Below, piece after piece: positions 42,801 to 59,300 of a stretch of DNA of 64,000 bases. The notes beneath the pieces were generated by a model. It had not been told where the DNA came from and did no database searches. It saw nothing but the letters and a program-made list of their open reading frames with translations. The position numbers and the translations under genes are program-made. Position 1 is the stretch's first letter, and each line of letters begins with the position of its first letter. This DNA is from the human T2T-CHM13v2.0 reference genome, Homo sapiens. Where the stretch lies: the NCBI RefSeq assembly GCF_009914755.1, contig NC_060939.1, one strand, 5' to 3'.

Positions 42801-45800
42801 CAATTCCGTTCCATTCTATTCCTTTAAATTCTTCCATTCCATTCCATTCGTTTCCATTCCATTCGAGTAAAGTCCACTCCAGTCCTTTCCATTCGAGTCC
42901 ATTCCTCTCCAGTGCATTCCGTTCAATCCATTCCATTCCAGTCCATTCCATTCGAGTCCGTTCCATTCCAGTCCATTCCATTCGAGTCAATTCCATTCAA
43001 TTCGATATCTTTCCATAACGATCCATTCCATTCTATTCCTTTCGATTCCATTCCATTCTATTTCATTCCATTCGATTCCCTTCCATTGGACTCCTTTCCA
43101 TTCGAGTGCATTCCATTCCGTTTCATTTCTTTCCGTTCTGTACAATTCCTACCGTTCGATTTCATTTTGTTCCAGTCCATTCCTTTCGCGTCCATTCCAT
43201 TCCATTTCACTCCATTCGATTCCATTCCATTCGATTCCATTCCACTCGATTCCACTTCGTTCCATTTCATTGCATTCCATTCTATTCACCTCTATTGCCT
43301 TCCATTCCATTCCATTCGATTACATTCCATGCGATTCCATTCGAAATTGAATCAATTACATTGCTATCCATTACTATTGAGTCCGTTTTATTCCAGTCCA
43401 CTGCATTCTGGTCCATTCCATTTGATTCCATTCCATTCTATTCCATTCCATACAGTTGCATTCCATTGGATTCCATTCTATATCTATAAATTCAATTCGA
43501 GACCATTGCTTTTGAGTCCATTCTATATGATTCCATTCCATTCAAGTCCATTACATTTGGTTCAATTCCATTCCATTCCATTCCCTTCCATTCCATTCCA
43601 TTTGATATCAATCCATTCGATTCCATTCCATTCGAGCACATTCCATTCGAGTCCATTCCATTCGATGCCATTCCATTTGATTCTATTCCATTAGTCTCCT
43701 TTCAATTCCATTAATCTCCATTCCATTCCATTCTACTCCAACTGATTCCATTCCATTCTATTCCTTTCCATTCCATTTCATTCCATTCCATTCCATTTCA
43801 TTCCATTCCATTCCATTCGCTTCCATTCCGTTCGTGTCCATTCCACTCCAGTCCATTCCATTCGTGTCCATTCCATTCCAGTCCATTCCATTTGTGTCCA
43901 CTGCATTCCATTCCACTCCATTCCATATTATTCCATTACACTCCATTCCATTCTATTACTTTCATTTCCATTCAATTCCATTCCAGTTGATTCCATTCCA
44001 CTCGGTTTCATTCCATTTGAGTCCATTCCATTCCATTCCATTCCATTCCATTCCATTCCATTCCATTCCGTTCCATTCCTTTCAGTTCCATTCCATTCTG
44101 TTCCATTCCATTCCGTTCCATTCCATTCCATTCCATTCCATTCCGTTCCATTCCATTCCATTCCATTCCATTCCATTCCATTCCATTCGGTAACATTCCA
44201 TATTGTTCCATTCGATTCCATTTGAATCCATCCATTCCAGTCCATTCCATTCGATTCCATTCCATTCCTTTCAATTCCCTTCCATTCCATTCCATTCCAC
44301 TTGATTCCACTCCATTCCCTTCCACTGCATTTCATTCGATTCCATTCCATTGCATTGCATTCCATTCCTTTGGATTGCATTCCATTCGATTCCATTCCAT
44401 TCGAATCAATTACATAGCAATCCATTACATTCGAGTCTATTCTATTCCGTTCCATTCGATTTCGTTCCAATCCATTCGATTCCATTCCATTCGATTCCAT
44501 TCCATGCTATTGCATTCCATTCGATTAAATTATATTCGAATAAGTTCCATTCAAGACCATTTCTTTTGAGTCCATTCTATTTGAGTCCATTCCCTTTGAT
44601 TCCATAACATTTGAGTCCATTCAATTCCATTCCTTTCGTTTCCATTCCATTTGATGCCATTCCATTCAATTCTGTTCTACTCGACTCCAATACATTCAAT
44701 TCCATTCCATCCGATTCCATTACATTCTTTTCATTTCTTATCCATTTCAAGCCATTCCATTCCATTCCATTCCACTCGTTTCCTTTCCATTCGAGTCCAT
44801 TCCTCTCCAGTCCATTCCGTTCAATCCATCCCATTCCAGTCCATTCCATTCGAGTCCATTCCCTTCCAGTCCATTCCATTCGAGTCAATTCCATTCCATT
44901 CGATGTCTTTCCATAACGATCCATTCCATTCTATTCCTTTCGATTCCATTCCATTCTATTTCATTCCATTCGATTCCCTTCCATTGGACTCCTTTCCATT
45001 CGAGTGCATTCCATTCCGTTCCGTTTCTTTCCGTTCTGTACGATTCCTACCGTTCGATTTCATTTTGTTCCAGTCCATTCCTCTCGCGTCCATTCCATTC
45101 CATTTCACTCCATTCGATTCCATTCCACTCGATTCCACTTCGTTCCATTTCATTGCATTCCGTTCTATTCAACTCTATTGCCTTCCATTCCATTCCATTC
45201 GATTACATTCCATGCGATTCCATTCGAAATCGAATCAATTACATTGCAATCCATTACTATTGAGTCCGTTTTATTCCAGTCCACTGCATTCTGGTCCATT
45301 CCATTTGATTCCATTCCATTCTATTCCATTCCATACAGTTGCATTCCATTGGATTCCATTCTATATCTATAAATTCAATTCGAGGCCATTACTTTTGAGT
45401 CCATTCTATATGATTCCATTCCATTCAAGTCTATTACATTTGGTACAATTCCCTTCCATTCCATTCCCTTCCATTCCATTCCATTTGATATCAATCCATT
45501 CGATTCCATTCCATTCGAGCACATTCCATTCGAGTCCATTCCATTCGATGCCATTCCATTTGATTCTATTCCATTAGTCTCCATTCAATTCCATTAATCT
45601 CCATTCCATTCCATTCTACTCCAACTGATTCCATTCCATTCTATTCCTTTCCATTCCATTTCATTCCATTCCATTCCATTCTATTCCATTCCATTCCATT
45701 TCATTCCATTCCATTCCATTCGCTTCCATTCCATTCGTGTCCATTCCACTCCAGTCCATTCCATTCGTGTCCATTCCATTCCAGTCCATTCCATTTGTGT

Positions 45801-46634
45801 CCACTGCATTCCATTCCACTCCATTCCATATTATTCCATTACACTCCATTCCATTCTATTACTTTCATTTCCATTCAATTCCATTCCAGTTGATTCCATT
45901 CCACTCGGTTTCATTCCATTTGAGTCCATTCCATTCCATTCCATTCCATTCCGTTCCATTCCATTCCATTCCGTTCCATTCCTTTCAGTTCCATTCCATT
46001 CTGTTCCATTCCATTCCATTCCATTCCATTCCATTCCATTCGGTACCATTCCATATTGTTCCAGTCGATTCCATTCGAATCCATTCCATTCCAGTCCATT
46101 CCATTCGATTCCATTCCATTCCTTTCAATTCCATTCCATTCCATTCCATTCCACTTGATTCCACTCCATTCCCTTCCACTGCATTCCATTCGATTCCATT
46201 CCATTGCATTGCATTCCATTCCATTGGATTGCATTCCATTCGATTCCATTCCATTCGAATCAATTACATAGCAATCCATTACATTCGAGTCTATTCTATT
46301 CTGTTCCATTCGATTTCGTTCCAATCCATTCGATTCCATTCCATTCGATTCCATTCCATACTATTGCATTCCATTCGATTAAATTATATTCGAATAAGTT
46401 CCATTCAAGACCATTTCTTTTGAGTCCATTCTATTTGAGTCCATTCCCTTTGATTCCATAACATTTGAGTCCATTCAATTCCATTCCTTTCGTTTCCATT
46501 CCATCTGATGCCATTCCATTCAATTCTGTTCTACTCGACTCCAATACATTCAATTCCATTCCATCCGATTCCATTACATTCTTTTCATTTCTTATCCATT
46601 TCAAGCCATTCCATTCCTTTCCATTCCACTCGTT
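39879..46634 (+). repeat. Long unit L3 (6756 bp); T from 42883, T' from 44781
   Basis: Spacing 40198->46954. Confidence 0.85.
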
Positions 46635-49600
46635 TCCTTTCCATTCGAGTCCATTCCACTCCACTCCATTCCATTCGAATACATTTCACTCCAGTCCATT
46701 CCATTCGAATTCATTTCACTCCAGTCCATTAAATTCGAGTACATTCCATTCCATTCTATTCAATGCCATTCCATTCGATTCTATTCCTTTTGACACCATT
46801 CCGTTCCATCCGATTCCATTCCATTTTATTCCATTCAATTCCATTCCATTGCATTCCATTCCATTCCATTCGTTTCCATTTCATTCTAATTCATTCCGCT
46901 CAAGTCCATTCCATTCGAGTCCATTCCCTTCCAGTCCATTCCAATAGAGTCCATTGCTTTCCATTCCATTCGATATCTTCCCATTACAGTCCATTCCATT
47001 CTATTCCTTTGGTTCCCATTCAATTCAATTCCATTTGATTACATTTCATTTGATTACATTCCATTCGACTCCATTCCATTCGAGTCCATTCCATTCCAGT
47101 CCATTCCATTCGATTCCATTCCATTCGATTCCATTCCACTCATTTCCACTCCATTGCATTCCATTGCATTCCATTCTATTCCATTCCATTGCATTCCATT
47201 CCTTTCGATTCCATTCCATTCGAATCAATTACATTGCAATGCATTACTTTCATGCCCTTTCTATTAAAGTCCAATGCATTATGGTCCATTCCATTCAATT
47301 CCATTCTATTCCATTCCATTCGAATCAATTACATTGCAATCCATCACATTCAAGTACCTTCTGTTCCAGTCCATTCAATTCTGCTCTATTCCATTCAATT
47401 CCATTCCCTTTGTTTCCATTCCATTCTTGTACATTCCATTGGATTCCATCTCATTGAAATAAGTTCTATTCGAGACCATTTCTTCGAGTCCAATCAATTT
47501 GAGTCCATTCCATTCGAGTCCATTACATCTGGGTCTATTCCATTCCATCCCATTCCATTCGATGCCATTCAATTTGATTCTTTTCCTTTCGGCTCCATTC
47601 CTTTCCTTTCAGTTCCATCGGATTCCATTCCATTCTATTCCTTTCCATTTCATTGCATTCCATTCCATTCCACTGGAGACCATTCCACTTCAGTGCATTC
47701 CATTCCAGTGTATTCCATTCCATTCCATTCCATTCCATTCCATTCCATTCCATTCCATTCGATATCTTTCCATTACACTCCATTCCATTGTATTCCTTTA
47801 CAGTCCATTCATTTCCATTCTATTCGATTCCATTCAATTCAATTCCATTACATTCGACTCCATTTCATTCGAGTCCATTGCTATCCATTTCATTCCAATT
47901 CTTTCTGTTCTATTCCATTCCGTTCGATTCCATTTTGTTCCAGTCCATTCCATTCGAGTCCATTGCTTTCCAGTGCAATTCATTTGATTCCACTCCATTC
48001 GATTCCATTCCACTCAATTCCACTCCGTTCCATTCCTTTGCGTTCCTTTCTATTCCATTCCATTGCATTCCATTCCATTCCATTCCATTTGTTTACATTC
48101 CATTGAATTCCAATCCAGTTGAATCAATTACATTGCAGTCCATTACATTCGAGTCTGTTCTATCCCAGTTCATTCGATTCTGGTGCATTCCATTGGATTC
48201 CTTTCCATTCGATACCATTCCATACTATTGCATTCCATTCGATTCCATTGTTTTCGAATAAATTCCAATCGAGACCATTCCTTTCGTGTCCATTCTATTT
48301 GACTCCATTCCATTTGAGTCCAATAAATTTGTGAACATTCCATTCCTTTCCATTCCATTCCATTCCATTCCATTCGGTGCCATTCCATTCCACTCTATTC
48401 CATTCAAGTCCATTCTATTTGATTCCATTCCATTCCATTCGATGCCATTACATTCAATTCTATTCCATTCGACTCCATTCAATTCCATTCTCTTCCAAAC
48501 GATTCCATTCCATTCTATTACTTTCTATTCCAATCCATTCCATTCCTTTCCATTCGTTTCCATTCCATTCGAGTCCACTCCACTCCAGTCCATTCCATTC
48601 CAGGCCATTCCATTCAAGTCCATTCCACTCCATTCCATTCCATTCGATATCTTTCAATAACACCCCATTCCATTCTGTTCCTTACAAATCAATTCAATTC
48701 CATTCCATTTGATTCCATTAAATTCGATTACATTCCATTCGACTCCATTCCATTCGACTCTATTCCATTCAAGTCCATTCCATTCCATTCCATTGCATTC
48801 CGTTCGAATCCCTATTCCATTGCATTTTGTTCCAGTCCATTCCATTTGAGTCCATTCCATGCCAAATCATTCCATTTGATTCCATTCCAATCGATTCCAT
48901 TGCACTCGAATCCAGTGCATTCCATTCCATTGCTTTCCATTCTATTACATTCCATTGCATTACTTTGCATTCCATTTGATTACATTCCTTTCGATTGCAT
49001 TAATTTCGAATCAATTACATTGCAATCCATTGCATTCGAGTTCTATTCCAGTCCATTCCAGTCCATTCAAATCAGGCCCATTCCGTTCCATTCCATTCCA
49101 TTCGATTCCATTCCATTCGAATCGATTGCATTGCAATGCTTTACATTCAAGTCTGTTTTATTCCAGTCCAATCCATTCCGGTCCATTCCGTTCGATTCCA
49201 TTCCATTCGATGCCATTCCATACTATTGTATTTCATTCGATTCCATTCTATTCAAATAAATTCCACTCGAGACCATTCCTTTGAGTCCATTCTATTTGAG
49301 TCCATTCCATTCGAGTCCATTACATTTGGGTCCATTCCATTCAATTCCAATGCAATCCATTCCATTCGATGTCACTCCATTCATTTTTATTCCATTAGAA
49401 TCCATGTCATTCGAGTCCATTCCATTCTATTCCATTCCACTACATTCCATTCCATTCCACTCCATTCCATTCGTTGCCGTTCCATTCAATTCTATTATAT
49501 TCCACTCCATTTAATTCCATTCCATTCCATTCCATTCTATCCAATTCCGTTCCATTCTATTCCTTTAAATTCTTCCATTCCATTCCATTCGTTTCCATTC

Positions 49601-52600
49601 CATTCGAGTAAAGTCCACTCCAGTCCTTTCCATTCGAGTCCATTCCTCTCCAGTGCATTCCGTTCAATCCATTCCATTCCAGTCCATTCCATTCGAGTCC
49701 GTTCCATTCCAGTCCATTCCATTCGAGTCAATTCCATTCAATTCGACATCTTTCCATAACGATCCATTCCATTCTATTCCTTTCGATTCCATTCCATTCT
49801 ATTTCATTCCATTCGATTCCCTTCCATTGGACTCCTTTCCATTCGAGTGCATTCCATTCCGTTCCATTTCTTTCCGTTCTGTACAATTCCTACCGTTCGA
49901 TTTCATTTTGTTCCAGTCCATTCCTTTCGCGTCCATTCCATTCCATTTCACTCCATTCGATTCCATTCCATTCGATTCCATTCCACTCGATTCCACTTCG
50001 TTCCATTTCATTGCATTCCATTCTATTCACCTCTATTGCCTTCCATTCCATTCCATTCGATTACATTCCATGCGATTCCATTCGAAATTGAATCAATTAC
50101 ATTGCTATCCATTACTATTGAGTCCGTTTTATTCCAGTCCACTGCATTCTGGTCCATTCCATTTGATTCCATTCCATTCTATTCCATTCCATACAGTTGC
50201 ATTCCATTGGATTCCATTCTATATCTATAAATTCAATTCGAGACCATTGCTTTTGAGTCCATTCTATATGATTCCATTCCATTCAAGTCCATTACATTTG
50301 GTTCAATTCCATTCCATTCCATTCCCTTCCATTCCATTCCATTTGATATCAATCCATTCGATTCCATTCCATTCGAGCACATTCCATTCGAGTCCATTGC
50401 ATTCGATGCCATTCCATTTGATTCTATTCCATTAGTCTCCTTTCAATTCCATTAATCTCCATTCCATTCCATTCTACTCCAACTGATTCCATTCCATTCT
50501 ATTCCTTTCCATTCCATTTCATTCCATTCCATTCCATTTCATTCCATTCCATTCCATTCGCTTCCATTCCGTTCGTGTCCATTCCACTCCAGTCCATTCC
50601 ATTCGTGTCCATTCCATTCCAGTCCATTCCATTTGTGTCCACTGCATTCCATTCCACTCCATTCCATATTATTCCATTACACTCCATTCCATTCTATTAC
50701 TTTTATTTCCATTCAATTCCATTCCATTTGATTCCATTCCACTCGGTTTCATTCCATTTGAGTCCATTCCATTCCATTCCATTCCATTCCATTCCATTCC
50801 ATTCCATTCCGTTCCATTCCTTTCAGTTCCATTCCATTCTGTTCCATTCCATTCCGTTCCATTCCATTCCATTCCATTCCATTCCATTCCGTTCCATTCC
50901 ATTCCATTCCATTCCATTCCATTCCATTCCATTCCATTCGGTAACATTCCATATTGTTCCATTCGATTCCATTTGAATCCATCCATTCCAGTCCATTCCA
51001 TTCGATTCCATTCCATTCCTTTCAATTCCCTTCCATTCCATTCCATTCCACTTGATTCCACTCCATTCCCTTCCACTGCATTTCATTCGATTCCATTCCA
51101 TTGCATTGCATTCCATTCCTTTGGATTGCATTCCATTCGATTCCATTCCATTCGAATCAATTACATAGCAATCCATTACATTCGAGTCTATTCTATTCCG
51201 TTCCATTCGATTTCGTTCCAATCCATTCGATTCCATTCCATTCGATTCCATTCCATGCTATTGCATTCCATTCGATTAAATTATATTCGAATAAGTTCCA
51301 TTCAAGACCATTTCTTTTGAGTCCATTCTATTTGAGTCCATTCCCTTTGATTCCATAACATTTGAGTCCATTCAATTCCATTCCTTTCGTTTCCATTCCA
51401 TTTGATGCCATTCCATTCAATTCTGTTCTACTCGACTCCAATACATTCAATTCCATTCCATCCGATTCCATTACATTCTTTTCATTTCTTATCCATTTCA
51501 AGCCATTCCATTCCATTCCATTCCACTCGTTTCCTTTCCATTCGAGTCCATTCCTCTCCAGTCCATTCCGTTCAATCCATCCCATTCCAGTCCATTCCAT
51601 TCGAGTCCATTCCCTTCCAGTCCATTCCATTCGAGTCAATTCCATTCCATTCGATGTCTTTCCATAACGATCCATTCCATTCTATTCCTTTCGATTCCAT
51701 TCCATTCTATTTCATTCCATTCGATTCCCTTCCATTGGACTCCTTTCCATTCGAGTGCATTCCATTCCGTTCCGTTTCTTTCCGTTCTGTACGATTCCTA
51801 CCGTTCGATTTCATTTTGTTCCAGTCCATTCCTCTCGCGTCCATTCCATTCCATTTCACTCCATTCGATTCCATTCCACTCGATTCCACTTCGTTCCATT
51901 TCATTGCATTCCGTTCTATTCAACTCTATTGCCTTCCATTCCATTCCATTCGATTACATTCCATGCGATTCCATTCGAAATCGAATCAATTACATTGCAA
52001 TCCATTACTATTGAGTCCGTTTTATTCCAGTCCACTGCATTCTGGTCCATTCCATTTGATTCCATTCCATTCTATTCCATTCCATACAGTTGCATTCCAT
52101 TGGATTCCATTCTATATCTATAAATTCAATTCGAGGCCATTACTTTTGAGTCCATTCTATATGATTCCATTCCATTCAAGTCTATTACATTTGGTACAAT
52201 TCCCTTCCATTCCATTCCCTTCCATTCCATTCCATTTGATATCAATCCATTCGATTCCATTCCATTCGAGCACATTCCATTCGAGTCCATTCCATTCGAT
52301 GCCATTCCATTTGATTCTATTCCATTAGTCTCCATTCAATTCCATTAATCTCCATTCCATTCCATTCTACTCCAACTGATTCCATTCCATTCTATTCCTT
52401 TCCATTCCATTTCATTCCATTCCATTCCATTCTATTCCATTCCATTCCATTTCATTCCATTCCATTCCATTCGCTTCCATTCCATTCATGTCCATTCCAC
52501 TCCAGTCCATTCCATTCGTGTCCATTCCATTCCAGTCCATTCCATTTGTGTCCACTGCATTCCATTCCACTCCATTCCATATTATTCCATTACACTCCAT

Positions 52601-53385
52601 TCCATTCTATTACTTTCATTTCCATTCAATTCCATTCCAGTTGATTCCATTCCACTCGGTTTCATTCCATTTGAGTCCATTCCATTCCATTCCATTCCAT
52701 TCCGTTCCATTCCATTCCATTCCGTTCCATTCCTTTCAGTTCCATTCCATTCTGTTCCATTCCATTCCATTCCATTCCATTCCATTCCATTCGGTACCAT
52801 TCCATATTGTTCCAGTCGATTCCATTCGAATCCATTCCATTCCAGTCCATTCCATTCGATTCCATTCCATTCCTTTCAATTCCATTCCATTCCATTCCAT
52901 TCCACTTGATTCCACTCCATTCCCTTCCACTGCATTCCATTCGATTCCATTCCATTGCATTGCATTCCATTCCATTGGATTGCATTCCATTCGATTCCAT
53001 TCCATTCGAATCAATTACATAGCAATCCATTACATTCGAGTCTATTCTATTCTGTTCCATTCGATTTCGTTCCAATCCATTCGATTCCATTCCATTCGAT
53101 TCCATTCCATACTATTGCATTCCATTCGATTAAATTATATTCGAATAAGTTCCATTCAAGACCATTTCTTTTGAGTCCATTCTATTTGAGTCCATTCCCT
53201 TTGATTCCATAACATTTGAGTCCATTCAATTCCATTCCTTTCGTTTCCATTCCATCTGATGCCATTCCATTCAATTCTGTTCTACTCGACTCCAATACAT
53301 TCAATTCCATTCCATCCGATTCCATTACATTCTTTTCATTTCTTATCCATTTCAAGCCATTCCATTCCTTTCCATTCCACTCGTT
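46635..53385 (+). repeat. Long unit L4 (6751 bp); T from 49624, T' from 51532
   Basis: Spacing 46954->53705. Confidence 0.85.
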
Positions 53386-56300
53386 TCCTTTCCATTCGAG
53401 TCCATTCCACTCCACTCCATTCCATTCGAATACATTTCACTCCAGTCCATTCCATTCGAATTCATTTCACTCCAGTCCATTAAATTCGAGTACATTCCAT
53501 TCCATTCTATTCAATGCCATTCCATTCGATTCTATTCCTTTTGACACCATTCCGTTCCATCCGATTCCATTCCATTTTATTCCATTCAATTCCATTCCAT
53601 TGCATTCCATTCCATTCCATTCGTTTCCATTTCATTCTAATTCATTCCGCTCAAGTCCATTCCATTCGAGTCCATTCCCTTCCAGTCCATTCCAATAGAG
53701 TCCATTGCTTTCCATTCCATTCGATATCTTCCCATTACAGTCCATTCCATTCTATTCCTTTGGTTCCCATTCAATTCAATTCCATTTGATTACATTTCAT
53801 TTGATTACATTCCATTCGACTCCATTCCATTCGAGTCCATTCCATTCCAGTCCATTCCATTCGATTCCATTCCATTCGATTCCATTCCACTCATTTCCAC
53901 TCCATTGCATTCCATTGCATTCCATTCTATTCCATTCCATTGCATTCCATTCCTTTCGATTCCATTCCATTCGAATCAATTACATTGCAATGCATTACTT
54001 TCATGCCCTTTCTATTAAAGTCCAATGCATTATGGTCCATTCCATTCAATTCCATTCTATTCCATTCCATTCGAATCAATTACATTGCAATCCATCACAT
54101 TCAAGTACCTTCTGTTCCAGTCCATTCAATTCTGCTCTATTCCATTCAATTCCATTCCCTTTGTTTCCATTCCATTCTTGTACATTCCATTGGATTCCAT
54201 CTCATTGAAATAAGTTCTATTCGAGACCATTTCTTCGAGTCCAATCAATTTGAGTCCATTCCATTCGAGTCCATTACATCTGGGTCTATTCCATTCCATC
54301 CCATTCCATTCGATGCCATTCAATTTGATTCTTTTCCTTTCGGCTCCATTCCTTTCCTTTCAGTTCCATCGGATTCCATTCCATTCTATTCCTTTCCATT
54401 TCATTGCATTCCATTCCATTCCACTGGAGACCATTCCACTTCAGTGCATTCCATTCCAGTGTATTCCATTCCATTCCATTCCATTCCATTCCATTCCATT
54501 CCATTCCATTCGATATCTTTCCATTACACTCCATTCCATTGTATTCCTTTACAGTCCATTCATTTCCATTCTATTCGATTCCATTCAATTCAATTCCATT
54601 ACATTCGACTCCATTTCATTCGAGTCCATTGCTATCCATTTCATTCCAATTCTTTCTGTTCTATTCCATTCCGTTCGATTCCATTTTGTTCCAGTCCATT
54701 CCATTCGAGTCCATTGCTTTCCAGTGCAATTCATTTGATTCCACTCCATTCGATTCCATTCCACTCAATTCCACTCCGTTCCATTCCTTTGCGTTCCTTT
54801 CTATTCCATTCCATTGCATTCCATTCCATTCCATTCCATTTGTTTACATTCCATTGAATTCCAATCCAGTTGAATCAATTACATTGCAGTCCATTACATT
54901 CGAGTCTGTTCTATCCCAGTTCATTCGATTCTGGTGCATTCCATTGGATTCCTTTCCATTCGATACCATTCCATACTATTGCATTCCATTCGATTCCATT
55001 GTTTTCGAATAAATTCCAATCGAGACCATTCCTTTCGTGTCCATTCTATTTGACTCCATTCCATTTGAGTCCAATAAATTTGTGAACATTCCATTCCTTT
55101 CCATTCCATTCCATTCCATTCCATTCGGTGCCATTCCATTCCACTCTATTCCATTCAAGTCCATTCTATTTGATTCCATTCCATTCCATTCGATGCCATT
55201 ACATTCAATTCTATTCCATTCGACTCCATTCAATTCCATTCTCTTCCAAACGATTCCATTCCATTCTATTACTTTCTATTCCAATCCATTCCATTCCTTT
55301 CCATTCGTTTCCATTCCATTCGAGTCCACTCCACTCCAGTCCATTCCATTCCAGGCCATTCCATTCAAGTCCATTCCACTCCATTCCATTCCATTCGATA
55401 TCTTTCAATAACACCCCATTCCATTCTGTTCCTTACAAATCAATTCAATTCCATTCCATTTGATTCCATTAAATTCGATTACATTCCATTCGACTCCATT
55501 CCATTCGACTCTATTCCATTCAAGTCCATTCCATTCCATTCCATTGCATTCCGTTCGAATCCCTATTCCATTGCATTTTGTTCCAGTCCATTCCATTTGA
55601 GTCCATTCCATGCCAAATCATTCCATTTGATTCCATTCCAATCGATTCCATTGCACTCGAATCCAGTGCATTCCATTCCATTGCTTTCCATTCTATTACA
55701 TTCCATTGCATTACTTTGCATTCCATTTGATTACATTCCTTTCGATTGCATTAATTTCGAATCAATTACATTGCAATCCATTGCATTCGAGTTCTATTCC
55801 AGTCCATTCCAGTCCATTCAAATCAGGCCCATTCCGTTCCATTCCATTCCATTCGATTCCATTCCATTCGAATCGATTGCATTGCAATGCTTTACATTCA
55901 AGTCTGTTTTATTCCAGTCCAATCCATTCCGGTCCATTCCGTTCGATTCCATTCCATTCGATGCCATTCCATACTATTGTATTTCATTCGATTCCATTCT
56001 ATTCAAATAAATTCCACTCGAGACCATTCCTTTGAGTCCATTCTATTTGAGTCCATTCCATTCGAGTCCATTACATTTGGGTCCATTCCATTCAATTCCA
56101 ATGCAATCCATTCCATTCGATGTCACTCCATTCATTTTTATTCCATTAGAATCCATGTCATTCGAGTCCATTCCATTCTATTCCATTCCACTCCATTCCA
56201 TTCCATTCCATTCCACTCCATTCCATTCGTTGCCGTTCCATTCAATTCTATTATATTCCACTCCATTTAATTCCATTCCATTCCATTCCATTCTATCCAA

Positions 56301-59300
56301 TTCCGTTCCATTCTATTCCTTTAAATTCTTCCATTCCATTCCATTCGTTTCCATTCCATTCGAGTAAAGTCCACTCCAGTCCTTTCCATTCGAGTCCATT
56401 CCTCTCCAGTGCATTCCGTTCAATCCATTCCATTCCAGTCCATTCCATTCGAGTCCGTTCCATTCCAGTCCATTCCATTCGAGTCAATTCCATTCAATTC
56501 GACATCTTTCCATAACGATCCATTCCATTCTATTCCTTTCGATTCCATTCCATTCTATTTCATTCCATTCGATTCCCTTCCATTGGACTCCTTTCCATTC
56601 GAGTGCATTCCATTCCGTTCCATTTCTTTCCGTTCTGTACAATTCCTACCGTTCGATTTCATTTTGTTCCAGTCCATTCCTTTCGCGTCCATTCCATTCC
56701 ATTTCACTCCATTCGATTCCATTCCATTCGATTCCATTCCACTCGATTCCACTTCGTTCCATTTCATTGCATTCCATTCTATTCACCTCTATTGCCTTCC
56801 ATTCCATTCCATTCGATTACATTCCATGCGATTCCATTCGAAATTGAATCAATTACATTGCTATCCATTACTATTGAGTCCGTTTTATTCCAGTCCACTG
56901 CATTCTGGTCCATTCCATTTGATTCCATTCCATTCTATTCCATTCCATACAGTTGCATTCCATTGGATTCCATTCTATATCTATAAATTCAATTCGAGAC
57001 CATTGCTTTTGAGTCCATTCTATATGATTCCATTCCATTCAAGTCCATTACATTTGGTTCAATTCCATTCCATTCCATTCCCTTCCATTCCATTCCATTT
57101 GATATCAATCCATTCGATTCCATTCCATTCGAGCACATTCCATTCGAGTCCATTCCATTCGATGCCATTCCATTTGATTCTATTCCATTAGTCTCCTTTC
57201 AATTCCATTAATCTCCATTCCATTCCATTCTACTCCAACTGATTCCATTCCATTCTATTCCTTTCCATTCCATTTCATTCCATTCCATTCCATTTCATTC
57301 CATTCCATTCCATTCGCTTCCATTCCGTTCGTGTCCATTCCACTCCAGTCCATCCCATTCGTGTCCATTCCATTCCAGTCCATTCCATTTGTGTCCACTG
57401 CATTCCATTCCACTCCATTCCATATTATTCCATTACACTCCATTCCATTCTATTACTTTCATTTCCATTCAATTCCATTCCATTTGATTCCATTCCACTC
57501 GGTTTCATTCCATTTGAGTCCATTCCATTCCATTCCATTCCATTCCATTCCATTCCATTCCGTTCCATTCCTTTCAGTTCCATTCCATTCTGTTCCATTC
57601 CATTCCGTTCCATTCCATTCCATTCCATTCCGTTCCATTCCATTCCATTCCATTCCATTCCATTCCATTCCATTCCATTCGGTAACATTCCATATTGTTC
57701 CATTCGATTCCATTTGAATCCATCCATTCCAGTCCATTCCATTCGATTCCATTCCATTCCTTTCAATTCCCTTCCATTCCATTCCATTCCACTTGATTCC
57801 ACTCCATTCCCTTCCACTGCATTTCATTCGATTCCATTCCATTGCATTGCATTCCATTCCTTTGGATTGCATTCCATTCGATTCCATTCCATTCGAATCA
57901 ATTACATAGCAATCCATTACATTCGAGTCTATTCTATTCCGTTCCATTCGATTTCGTTCCAATCCATTCGATTCCATTCCATTCGATTCCATTCCATACT
58001 ATTGCATTCCATTCGATTAAATTATATTCGAATAAGTTCCATTCAAGACCATTTCTTTTGAGTCCATTCTATTTGAGTCCATTCCCTTTGATTCCATAAC
58101 ATTTGAGTCCATTCAATTCCATTCCTTTCGTTTCCATTCCATTTGATGCCATTCCATTCAATTCTGTTCTACTCGACTCCAATACATTCAATTCCATTCC
58201 ATCCGATTCCATTACATTCTTTTCATTTCTTATCCTTTTCAAGCCATTCCATTCCATTCCATTCCACTCGTTTCCTTTCCATTCGAGTCCATTCCTCTCC
58301 AGTCCATTCCGTTCAATCCATTCCATTCCAGTCCATTCCATTCGAGTCCATTCCCTTCCAGTCCATTCCATTCGAGTCAATTCCATTCCATTCGATGTCT
58401 TTCCATAACGATCCATTCCATTCTATTCCTTTCGATTCCATTCCATTCTATTTCATTCCATTCGATTCCCTTCCATTGGACTCCTTTCCATTCGAGTGCA
58501 TTCCATTCCGTTCCGTTTCTTTCCGTTCTGTACGATTCCTACCGTTCGATTTCATTTTGTTCCAGTCCATTCCTCTCGCGTCCATTCCATTCCATTTCAC
58601 TCCATTCGATTCCATTCCACTCGATTCCACTTCGTTCCATTTCATTGCATTCCGTTCTATTCAACTCTATTGCCTTCCATTCCATTCCATTCGATTACAT
58701 TCCATGCGATTCCATTCGAAATCGAATCAATTACATTGCAATCCATTACTATTGAGTCCGTTTTATTCCAGTCCACTGCATTCTGGTCCATTCCATTTGA
58801 TTCCATTCCATTCTATTCCATTCCATACAGTTGCATTCCATTGGATTCCATTCTATATCTATAAATTCAATTCGAGGCCATTGCTTTTGAGTCCATTCTA
58901 TATGATTCCATTCCATTCAAGTCTATTACATTTGGTATAATTCCCTTCCATTCCATTCCCTTCCATTCCATTCCATTTGATATCAATCCATTCGATTCCA
59001 TTCCATTCGAGCACATTCCATTCGAGTCCATTCCATTCGATGCCATTCCATTTGATTCTATTCCATTAGTCTCCATTCAATTCCATTAATCTCCATTCCA
59101 TTCCATTCTACTCCAACTGATTCCATTCCATTCTATTCCTTTCCATTCCATTTCATTCCATTCCATTCCATTCTATTCCATTCCATTCCATTTCATTCCA
59201 TTCCATTCCATTCGCTTCCATTCCATTCGTGTCCATTCCTCTCCAGTCCATTCCATTCGTGTCCATTCCATTCCAGTCCATTCCATTTGTGTCCACTGCA

